Virus record (IMG/VR): IMGVR_UViG_3300035501_000524
Source: a virus
Lineage: Duplodnaviria > Heunggongvirae > Uroviricota > Caudoviricetes
Direction: 5' to 3' (one strand)
DNA: 64,000 bases
The notes under the pieces are model-generated. The model was not told where the DNA came from. It saw only the letters and a list, made by a program, of their open reading frames with translations, and searched no databases. A program made the translations under genes and the position numbers. Shown here one piece after another: positions 15,224-22,966 of this stretch (position 1 is the first letter of the stretch; every line of letters begins with the position of its first letter).

Positions 15224-15367
15224 AAAATCATTAGACTGAATGATGCTTAGTGGGGGGTGTATTTCGGGAGAAAAAATTTTTTCATTTTGAATTTGATATT
15301 CCTCTGGCCATAATTCCCACCAAATCGATTTCAGAAACGAGATTACGATATTATCTCTTTCAAAATC

Positions 15368-15910
15368 CTATTTCTCTTCTTCTGGCTCTTCTTTATCTAC
15401 ATAATAAATTTTATCAATTTCAGGATTTTCAAAATTAGGTTTCCTATCCTGATATACTAAGTCCTCTATTTCTCGGCCCCAATGCGGATACAAAAAAATC
15501 TTAATTCCTTTTTCTTTTGCATATTCAATCGTTTCGTATGTTCCGCCTTCTTCAATACCATCCCAAACCGCAATCAAAATATCTGAATGGTCAACCATCC
15601 ACTTGTCTCTAAAGCCATAAGAATCTTTTCCGTCATTATATTGCGGATACAAAAAAATTACATTTCTAGCGCTTTCCATTAAATTAATCTCTTTATCATG
15701 AAAAGTTTTTCTCCAACTTGGATAAATACATGTATAAGGAATTTTATTATACTTTGCGCATTCTGCCGCAATTTGATCTACTCCTTGCGCCATTCCAGTA
15801 AAAAATTCTTCCGGTCTAATTTCTTTCAAAGTATCTTCAATCCAATTTCGAACATACCACTCATGTCCAGTTAACCTTCCAGGTCTATGCCCGGTTATCA
15901 TTGCTCTCAT
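15368..15910 (-). CDS. SLOG-superfamily (YpsA/DUF1273-like) Rossmann-fold nucleotide-binding protein, 180 aa
   Basis: Motifs MITGHRPGRL, FFTGMAQGVDQIAAE and ILIAVWDG..GGT match the YpsA/DprA/LOG-like glycine-rich nucleotide-binding pattern. Recognised from the motifs. Confidence 0.45.
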   Translation of the reverse strand: MRAMITGHRPGRLTGHEWYVRNWIEDTLKEIRPEEFFTGMAQGVDQIAAECAKYNKIPYTCIYPSWRKTFHDKEINLMESARNVIFLYPQYNDGKDSYGFRDKWMVDHSDILIAVWDGIEEGGTYETIEYAKEKGIKIFLYPHWGREIEDLVYQDRKPNFENPEIDKIYYVDKEEPEEEK

Positions 15911-16174
15911 TTACCCTTCAATAACCTCCTGTAGTTCAGTTGGAATTTCTACACCAAGTTCTTTTAAAACTTCTGCGGCTGCCAAATATTTCCCATCTAC
16001 CGATCCATAAGGCGCCAACAAAATATAATCCTTTCCTTCAATTTCTGCGGTAAAAAATTCCATCTGATTATTTTCTGAATTTATATACATGCGCGCCCGC
16101 AAACTTTTAGGAATTGTAATTCTTCCTAAATCATCAATTTTTTTTACTACATTTTCCGGTTTAACTACTACCAT
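15911..16174 (-). CDS. AbrB/MazE/SpoVT-family swapped-hairpin DNA-binding protein, 87 aa
   Basis: N-terminal KIDDLGRITIPKSLRARM matches the canonical D.LGR..IP.E.R AbrB-N motif. Confidence 0.65.
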   Translation of the reverse strand: MVVVKPENVVKKIDDLGRITIPKSLRARMYINSENNQMEFFTAEIEGKDYILLAPYGSVDGKYLAAAEVLKELGVEIPTELQEVIEG

Positions 16175-16563
16175 TATTCATTCTCCTTTTTCTCATTCAA
16201 TGTCCAACATTTTTTATTAAATAGACTACAATTTAAATTACATTGACCTCCATAGCCTTCACAAGGATGAAGCTCTTCCAAAAGAAAATCAAGACAGTGA
16301 TTGTGCGCGGTCTTGATATCCCACATCATGCTGTCCCAGCCCCATTCCTCGAAAACTCGTCGCGCAATATATTCATCTCTCATTTTAATATATTCTTCTG
16401 TTGAAACTTTGATTTTATTATCATCATCTTTGTTTTCTTTTTCTTTTTCTTTTCCAAATAAATTTCTAAAAAATGGATTTGCGATATTTTTTTCTTTAGC
16501 TATTTTTGTAAAATCGCTACTATATTTTACTCTTGCGGCCCCACTTCCACTTAATACTACCAT
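16174..16563 (-). CDS. Hypothetical protein, 129 aa, Cys/His-containing C-terminus (HNHCLD...HPCEGYGGQCNLNC)
   Basis: ORF translationally coupled to the flanking genes by ATGA-type overlaps. Confidence 0.5.
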   Translation of the reverse strand: MVVLSGSGAARVKYSSDFTKIAKEKNIANPFFRNLFGKEKEKENKDDDNKIKVSTEEYIKMRDEYIARRVFEEWGWDSMMWDIKTAHNHCLDFLLEELHPCEGYGGQCNLNCSLFNKKCWTLNEKKENE

Positions 16564-16793
16564 TTTATATCTCCTCCACTATCATCATCATTATCCCATC
16601 CTTCTGGAAGAATAACATTTAAAATCGCTTCTAATATATTTACTATTGCGAAAAAAGGACCTCCAATAATAAAAATTAAAAATACTATAATTTGATCTTT
16701 AAAAGATAATTTTGCCATTACTGGGGCATACTCTAATAGTATTATACTTGAAATAATGAGCCATAAAATTTCTATGAAAATAAATCCCTTCAA
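16557..16793 (-). CDS. Small membrane protein, first gene of the leftward early operon; probable TTG start after GGAAGGGAG
   Basis: The minus promoter at 16825-16853 lies inside the longer track ORF, so the true start must be downstream. TTG at 16791-16793 is in frame with an RBS 8 nt upstream. Confidence 0.35.
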   Translation of the reverse strand: MKGFIFIEILWLIISSIILLEYAPVMAKLSFKDQIIVFLIFIIGGPFFAIVNILEAILNVILPEGWDNDDDSGGDIKW

Positions 16794-16824
16794 ACTGTAA
16801 GCTCCCTTCCTATTTCTTACTTTT

Positions 16825-16853
16825 ATTATAACAAAAATTTTAGGTTTTGTCAA
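16825..16853 (-). promoter_or_regulatory. Leftward early promoter: TTGACA (rc of 16848-16853), 17 bp, TATAAT (rc of 16825-16830)
   Basis: Its -35 box shares the palindrome GTCAAAAAATTTGAC (16849-16863) with the rightward promoter. Confidence 0.6.
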
Positions 16854-16858
16854 AAAAT

Positions 16859-16887
16859 TTGACTTTGCCCAAAAATTCTGGTATACT
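16859..16887 (+). promoter_or_regulatory. Rightward promoter of the structural gene block: TTGACT (16859-16864), 17 bp, TATACT (16882-16887)
   Basis: Nearly identical to the promoter at 43682-43710 (TTGACTTTGC.[C/G]AAAA[A]TT.T.GGTATA.T). The -35 is embedded in a palindrome. Confidence 0.55.
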
Positions 16888-16962
16888 AATATTAGAGAGT
16901 GGAGGTGACCTAACATAATAAAGTTAGATTATACATTAGAAACTCCTGTAGAACGAAACGAG

Positions 16963-17973
16963 TTGGTAAAACAAATTCTGGAAGAAAATCCAGAACCAAA
17001 TGATAAATATTTAGAAATTCTTGCCGACTACTTAGTTCTTTGTATGGAGAAACAAGAAAAGAAAGAACGTAAAATTATTACGGAAAATCGAATGACTACA
17101 GTTAATAAGAGAGAAACATCATTCGAGGGGCTTGTTTCCCAGCTTGAAAATGGCGAAGATGGTATTTATAATTTAATAAATGAAAGTAAAACAACAATTT
17201 TTCAACCAAAAGTAAAGATAACCAAAAAAGATTTAGAAGAAATCCAACCCTTAAGACAATTAAAAGAAGCCATAGATATTTGGGAAGCAAAACTAAAAAG
17301 AGCAGAGGGCAAGGATGCTTTTATTATAAAGAAAGCTTTAATTGAGATGCGCAAAGATCAATATATTATTAAAAATGCGTATCGTAAACCAATAGTAATG
17401 ACAAAATTTGTCCGCTCAAAAATGCCGACAAAATTAGAAGAATCATTTTCTTTTGATGCCGATGGATATATTATTCCAGAAGGCGTTTCACTATGTGATC
17501 CAAAAGTCTGTTCTGCTATTTTATGTAATTATTCAAGACTAAAAGAAGATTCTTGGGGCCACCATGATAGTGATTTATGGTATCTCATGGATGATTTTGA
17601 TTCAATTTCTGGACGAGCCCTTGAAGAATATCCAATGTATAGAAAAATCGTTGAGTGTAAGATTGATGGATTACAAAATGTTGAAATCCAAAAGGAACTC
17701 AAAGATGAATTTGGCATTACGCATAGTCTAGAATATATTTCATCTCTTTGGCGAAAGAAAATTCCAAATTTAATAGCATCTCAAGCTGAAGATGAAACCC
17801 TTGATTGGTATTTCTTAACACAAGAAAAAGGCAAATATAAAAGATGCAGTAGATGCGGCGAGATTAAGTTGGCGCATAATAAATATTTTAGTAAGAATAA
17901 AACAAGTAAAGATGGTTTTTATTCTATTTGTAAATGCTGTAGAAATTCAAAAACAAAGGCCAAGAAAGCTTAA
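16963..17973 (+). CDS. Hypothetical protein with a C-terminal Cys4 zinc ribbon (CSRCGEIK...CKCC), 336 aa; the start is probably a non-ATG codon (TTG at 16963 or upstream)
   Basis: First gene after the rightward promoter. RBS GGAGGTGA at 16901-16908. Confidence 0.55.
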   Translation: MVKQILEENPEPNDKYLEILADYLVLCMEKQEKKERKIITENRMTTVNKRETSFEGLVSQLENGEDGIYNLINESKTTIFQPKVKITKKDLEEIQPLRQLKEAIDIWEAKLKRAEGKDAFIIKKALIEMRKDQYIIKNAYRKPIVMTKFVRSKMPTKLEESFSFDADGYIIPEGVSLCDPKVCSAILCNYSRLKEDSWGHHDSDLWYLMDDFDSISGRALEEYPMYRKIVECKIDGLQNVEIQKELKDEFGITHSLEYISSLWRKKIPNLIASQAEDETLDWYFLTQEKGKYKRCSRCGEIKLAHNKYFSKNKTSKDGFYSICKCCRNSKTKAKKA

Positions 17974-18016
17974 TTTGCTCCTGGTATTTTCATAATTTTA
18001 AAAGGAGGAAATTAGT

Positions 18017-19210
18017 ATGGCAGAAAATTCAGTTTTCTATTGTGATAAATGTAAGAAAACTATGCGGGCTGATGAATTCTATGGCTCGAACAATTTAATA
18101 AAATATCCAAATGGAAAATTAAATCAATGTAAAAAATGTATTACCATGCATGTGGATAATTGGAATCCAGAATCATTTTTGTGGATTTTACAAGAATGCG
18201 ATGTTCCTTATATTCCAGATGAATGGGATAAATTGTTAGCTTCGTATGCGCGCGACCCCAGTAAGGTTACTGGTATGACAATTTTAGGTAGATATTTATC
18301 TAAAATGAAATTAAAACAATTTAAAGATTATCGTTGGGAGCATACTGAGTTTTTACAAGAATTAGCTAATCATAAAATTGAAGAAGCTATGAAACGACAA
18401 GGGTATGATGCGGCTGAAATCGCGCAAGTTATTTCAGAAAAACAGCTTTCAGTTCCAGAAGGTGGATATGCTGAACCTGTGTATGAAGAACCGGCAGTGC
18501 CGCAATATTATACTGCAAATGAAGATGAGGATTATTTTGATCGGTCTAATGGAGATGATTCTTTAGACTTAACCGATGAAGATAGAACTTATTTAAGACT
18601 AAAATGGGGAAAAACTTATAAACCAGAAGAGTGGGTAAAGCTGGAACAGCTTTACACTCGTATGACTGAATCATACGATGTCCAGGGAGCTGGACATGAG
18701 GATATTCTGAAGCTTGTGTGCAAGACTTCTATTAAAGCTAATCAGCTTTTGGATATTGGCGATGTAGATGGCGCCCAGAAGATGGTTAAAATGTATGATT
18801 CACTAATGAAGTCTGGTAAATTTACTGCGGCTCAGAATAAAGCTGAAAATGGTGAATTTGTAAATTGCATTTCTGAATTAGTCGAAGTTTGTGAAAAAGA
18901 AGGATTTATCCCTAGATATTATGTAGATGGACCAAAAGACAGAGTTGATGAAACTTTAGCAGATTTAAAGAATTATACTCATTCTCTTATCGTAGAAGAA
19001 ATGAATCTTGGTAACTTGATTGAATCTGCCGTTAAAGAAATGGCAAAAGAGGAATCTAAGGAAGAGGATGAAGATATTGAAGATGAATTAAGCTATGATG
19101 AAATTGATGAATTAAAAGATCAAGATTTTGAAGATTATAATCAATTCCTTGAAGATGAAGAGATTAGTGATGAAACTATCAATGAATTTCTGAAAGGTGG
19201 AGACGTATAA
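18017..19210 (+). CDS. Putative terminase small subunit / DNA-binding packaging protein: N-terminal zinc ribbon (CDKC...CKKC) and a highly acidic C-terminal tail
   Basis: It lies immediately upstream of the large terminase and overlaps it (ATAATGG). The assignment rests on position and architecture. Confidence 0.3.
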   Translation: MAENSVFYCDKCKKTMRADEFYGSNNLIKYPNGKLNQCKKCITMHVDNWNPESFLWILQECDVPYIPDEWDKLLASYARDPSKVTGMTILGRYLSKMKLKQFKDYRWEHTEFLQELANHKIEEAMKRQGYDAAEIAQVISEKQLSVPEGGYAEPVYEEPAVPQYYTANEDEDYFDRSNGDDSLDLTDEDRTYLRLKWGKTYKPEEWVKLEQLYTRMTESYDVQGAGHEDILKLVCKTSIKANQLLDIGDVDGAQKMVKMYDSLMKSGKFTAAQNKAENGEFVNCISELVEVCEKEGFIPRYYVDGPKDRVDETLADLKNYTHSLIVEEMNLGNLIESAVKEMAKEESKEEDEDIEDELSYDEIDELKDQDFEDYNQFLEDEEISDETINEFLKGGDV

Positions 19211-20943
19211 TGGCATTACAGGATTTAATAGACCTATCAGGTAATCAAAAAAAGATTGGTCTTTCCGAAGAACGTGTGCGAGCCATTGTCCCAATCGCTA
19301 GAAAGTATATCTCCTTCTGGAGAGAATATCCAGACTTATTCATTGATTTTTTATTAGAGAAAGGCGGAAATCCACAGGATTTCCATTTCTTCTTTTATCA
19401 GAGAGTATTTTTGCGCGCGGCGATGCGGCATCAATATGTTTATGCAGTATTCCCTCGAGCTTATAGTAAATCATTCTTATCTATCATGGTTTTAATGTGT
19501 AGATGTATTCTTTATCCAAAATGTAAATTATTTGTTACTTCTGGTGGTAAGGAACAGGCTGCGGGCATTGTAAAAGAAAAAGTTCAAGAAATTTGCACTT
19601 TAATACCGGCCTTTAAACGAGAAATTAATTGGGGCCGTGGTGTAACCCTTGAAGGTAAAGATTATTGTAAGTATGTATTTAATAATGGATCTTACTTTGA
19701 TAATATTGCGGCTAGAGAAAGTTCTCGTGGTAAGCGTCGACATGGCGGTCTAATAGAGGAGTGTGTAGGTGTAGATGGAAAGATTCTTTCTGAAGTTATT
19801 ATTCCTACCATGAATATTTCTCGTATGTGTATGGATGGTTCTACGCATCCAGAAGAGCAATTAAATAAATCTCAAATTTATATTACGACTGCGGGATGGA
19901 AAAATACATTCCCTTATGATAAATTAATTCAGCTTCTGGTATGGCAAATTGTTAAACCAGAGAAATCTATGGTTTTAGGCGGAACTTATCGTATTCCAGT
20001 TTTAGTAAAACTTCTTGATAAGAATTTTATTCGAGATCTAAAAATGGATGGAACTTTCAATGAATCTTCATTTGATCGAGAATATGAAAGTATTTGGTCG
20101 GGAACTGTAGAAGATGCTTTCTTTAATGCTGAAACATTTGATAGAAATAGAATCCTTAAACAGCCAGAAAAAGAAGCATCTGGTCGAATTGGTAAATCAA
20201 GTTTTTATGTTATTTCACTTGACGTTGGCCGTAAGGGCTGCGATTCTGTTGCATGTATTTTTAAGGTAACACCGCAACCGCAAGGAGTTTCAACTAAACA
20301 ATTAGTTAATATTTATACAATGTCTGATGAGCATTTTGAAGACCAGGCTATAAAAGTTAAAAAATTATTCTATAAATATAAAGCAAGACGTCTTGTTATA
20401 GATGGTAATGGTATGGGTATTGGGCTTCTGGATTATATGGTTAAACCGCAAACTGATTCAGAAACTAATGAATTCTATCCAGACTTTGGAGTTTATAATG
20501 ACGATGAAGGATTTTATAAGAAATATAGAACTGTAGATTGCGAACAAGATGCAATTTATGTTATAAAGGCTAACGCGCCAATTAATACCGAAGCACATGC
20601 AAATGCGCAAACTCAACTTTCTTCTGGAAAGGTTAAATTCTTAATTGATGAGCGTGTTGCTAAGACAAAATTATTGGGAACTAAAGTAGGTCAGAATATG
20701 AAACCAGAAGAAAGGGCAGAATATTTAAAACCATTTACTTTAACTTCCATATTAAAGGAAGAGATGATGAACCTTCGTGAGGAAAATGAAGGTGTTAATA
20801 TTATCTTAAAACAAGCAAATAGAGGTATCAGAAAAGATAAATTTTCTGCCTTTGAGTATGGATTATATTATATAAAACAAGAAGAAGATAATAAGAAAAA
20901 GAAGAAAAAGTTTAATGCTAAGGAATGGAGATTCTTAAATTAA
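19210..20943 (+). CDS. terL: Terminase large subunit, 577 aa
   Basis: A Walker-A-like motif FPRAYSKS and an ATPase N-half plus nuclease C-half arrangement typical of TerL, directly upstream of the portal gene. Confidence 0.75.
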   Translation: MALQDLIDLSGNQKKIGLSEERVRAIVPIARKYISFWREYPDLFIDFLLEKGGNPQDFHFFFYQRVFLRAAMRHQYVYAVFPRAYSKSFLSIMVLMCRCILYPKCKLFVTSGGKEQAAGIVKEKVQEICTLIPAFKREINWGRGVTLEGKDYCKYVFNNGSYFDNIAARESSRGKRRHGGLIEECVGVDGKILSEVIIPTMNISRMCMDGSTHPEEQLNKSQIYITTAGWKNTFPYDKLIQLLVWQIVKPEKSMVLGGTYRIPVLVKLLDKNFIRDLKMDGTFNESSFDREYESIWSGTVEDAFFNAETFDRNRILKQPEKEASGRIGKSSFYVISLDVGRKGCDSVACIFKVTPQPQGVSTKQLVNIYTMSDEHFEDQAIKVKKLFYKYKARRLVIDGNGMGIGLLDYMVKPQTDSETNEFYPDFGVYNDDEGFYKKYRTVDCEQDAIYVIKANAPINTEAHANAQTQLSSGKVKFLIDERVAKTKLLGTKVGQNMKPEERAEYLKPFTLTSILKEEMMNLREENEGVNIILKQANRGIRKDKFSAFEYGLYYIKQEEDNKKKKKKFNAKEWRFLN

Positions 20944-20962
20944 GCATGAGAGGAGGGGTTGT

Positions 20963-21319
20963 ATGCGCGCGTCGAGAGGTGAAATTAAAATCGAAGAAAT
21001 TTTGACAGAATCTGGATTGCCATTTAAGATGGAATATATTTTTCCAGATTTGCGGAGCCCAAATGGGCGGCCCCTTCGTTTCGATTTTGTAGTCTTTGAT
21101 GATGATGGAAATATTGATTTTATTATTGAATTTCAAGGTAAACAGCATTATGAACCTAGTCAAAAATTTGGTGGTAAAAGAGGTTTCTATCAACAGCAAT
21201 TTAATGATAATAAGAAACGAAGATTTTGTGCGTTACATGATTTTAAATTAATTGAAATTCCATACACTGAAGAGAACCTCATTTCATACGATTACATTAT
21301 GAAGAAGGCTGGATATTAA
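20963..21319 (+). CDS. Small PD-(D/E)xK-like nuclease-fold protein inserted between terL and the portal gene (possible homing or selfish endonuclease)
   Basis: FDFVVFDD...IDFIIEFQGKQH resembles a D...E.K restriction-endonuclease-like core. Assigned from the motif. Confidence 0.35.
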   Translation: MRASRGEIKIEEILTESGLPFKMEYIFPDLRSPNGRPLRFDFVVFDDDGNIDFIIEFQGKQHYEPSQKFGGKRGFYQQQFNDNKKRRFCALHDFKLIEIPYTEENLISYDYIMKKAGY

Positions 21320-21333
21320 AAGGAGGTGGAATT

Positions 21334-22953
21334 TTGGAAAATAGACAGGAAGAAATTCATGCTAAAGGCTTTAATATGAATGACACTTATCGCGATCATG
21401 TTGATCCATTAGATTATGGTAAAATTAAAGTTGGAACAAAAACTCTTGATGATGCTATTTTAAATTTAGGATCTATACGAAAAGCACATAGAACTTATGG
21501 AAATAAGCAAGTTGTTCTTAGAGCTTTAGGTGAACGAAATCTACCTTTATTAAGAGAAATTTCAAATTACTTTTATTCTACTAATGGTATTTACTCCAGA
21601 ATGTGTAATTATACCGCTTTTCTTTATAGATATGATTGGTATATTGTTCCAGAAATTCTTGATGATACAGTAAAAGAAGAAAAGGTTTTAAAAGAATTTA
21701 ATAACCTTTTGAGTTTTTTAGATAATACTCATATTAAAAAGCAATGCGGTGACATTGCTTTAGAAGTTATTAAAAATGGGGCTTATTATGGTTATATGGC
21801 TCCTTCTGAGGATGGAATTATTTTACAACAATTACCTATAAATTATTGTCGATCAAGATATTTTGTTGGAGATTCTCCCGCAGTAGAATTTAACATGAGA
21901 TTTTTTGATGATAATTTTAGAGACATAAATTATCGTTTGAAAGTCTTAAAGATGTTTCCAAAAGAATTCCAAGAGGGATATTTGAAATATAAACAGGGAA
22001 AACTCCCGATTGATAACATGGGCGATCCTTTTGGAACATGGTTTTTACTAGATCCGCAATCTACGGTTAAATTTAATTTTCATAATAGTGATATTCCACT
22101 ATTTGTTAATGCAATTCCAGAGATTTTAGATTTGGATGCCGCGCAAGAATTAGATCGTAGAAAGCAGATGCAGCAATTATTAAAAGTTGTTATTCAAAAA
22201 TTGCCGTTAGATAAAAATGGTGATTTAGTATTTGACGTTGATGAAGCAAGAGATATTCATAATAATGCGGTTGATATGTTGCAGCATGCTATTGGAGTAG
22301 ATGTTTTAACAACATTTGCAGATATTACTGTAGAAGATATGGCTGATAGTAATACAACTACTACAACAGATGATTTGGAGAAGATGGAACGTGCAGTTTA
22401 TAATGCTTTTGGTACTTCTCAAAATCTATTTAATACAGATGGAAATTTATCTCTTGAGAAATCAATTTTAAACGATGAGTCAAATATAAGAGATTTACTT
22501 TTACAATTCCATATATTTTATGACAGAGTAGTTCAGTCAAAATGTAATAATAAAAGAAAATACAAATTTAGATTTTATATGTTAGATACGACTCAGTATA
22601 ATTATACCGATCGTGCAAAAATGTATAAAGAACAAGTTCAGAATGGTTATTCTAAAATGTTACCTCAAATTGCAATGGGACATTCACAAAGTTCTATTAT
22701 TCATACTGCTTACTTTGAGAATGAGATTCTTCATTTAACTGAGATTATGATTCCGCCATTAATGAGCTCAACTTTAAATGGTGAAGATATTTTGGGTAAA
22801 AATGATGAATCAAAATCTTCAAATAATCAAAGTAATTCAGAGGGAAAATCTTCTCAAAGCAGTTCCAATAGTGATGGCACTGCAGGACGTCCAGAAAAAT
22901 CGGATGATGAGAAGAGTGAAAAGACTATTGCTAATAAAGAATCTATGAGTTAG
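21334..22953 (+). CDS. Portal protein, 539 aa
   Basis: Size and position right after terL. Acidic, Ser-rich C-terminal tail. Confidence 0.6.
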   Translation: MENRQEEIHAKGFNMNDTYRDHVDPLDYGKIKVGTKTLDDAILNLGSIRKAHRTYGNKQVVLRALGERNLPLLREISNYFYSTNGIYSRMCNYTAFLYRYDWYIVPEILDDTVKEEKVLKEFNNLLSFLDNTHIKKQCGDIALEVIKNGAYYGYMAPSEDGIILQQLPINYCRSRYFVGDSPAVEFNMRFFDDNFRDINYRLKVLKMFPKEFQEGYLKYKQGKLPIDNMGDPFGTWFLLDPQSTVKFNFHNSDIPLFVNAIPEILDLDAAQELDRRKQMQQLLKVVIQKLPLDKNGDLVFDVDEARDIHNNAVDMLQHAIGVDVLTTFADITVEDMADSNTTTTTDDLEKMERAVYNAFGTSQNLFNTDGNLSLEKSILNDESNIRDLLLQFHIFYDRVVQSKCNNKRKYKFRFYMLDTTQYNYTDRAKMYKEQVQNGYSKMLPQIAMGHSQSSIIHTAYFENEILHLTEIMIPPLMSSTLNGEDILGKNDESKSSNNQSNSEGKSSQSSSNSDGTAGRPEKSDDEKSEKTIANKESMS

Positions 22954-22966
22954 GAGGATTAATATA

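Noticed and set aside
2290-15300. Possible CRISPR array, given repeated GC-rich palindromes separated by AT-rich sequence
   Set aside because: The hairpins differ in sequence and length between copies, and the spacing is irregular (hundreds to thousands of bp) with genes in between. There is no repeat-spacer periodicity and no cas genes. They fit better as a dispersed regulatory element.
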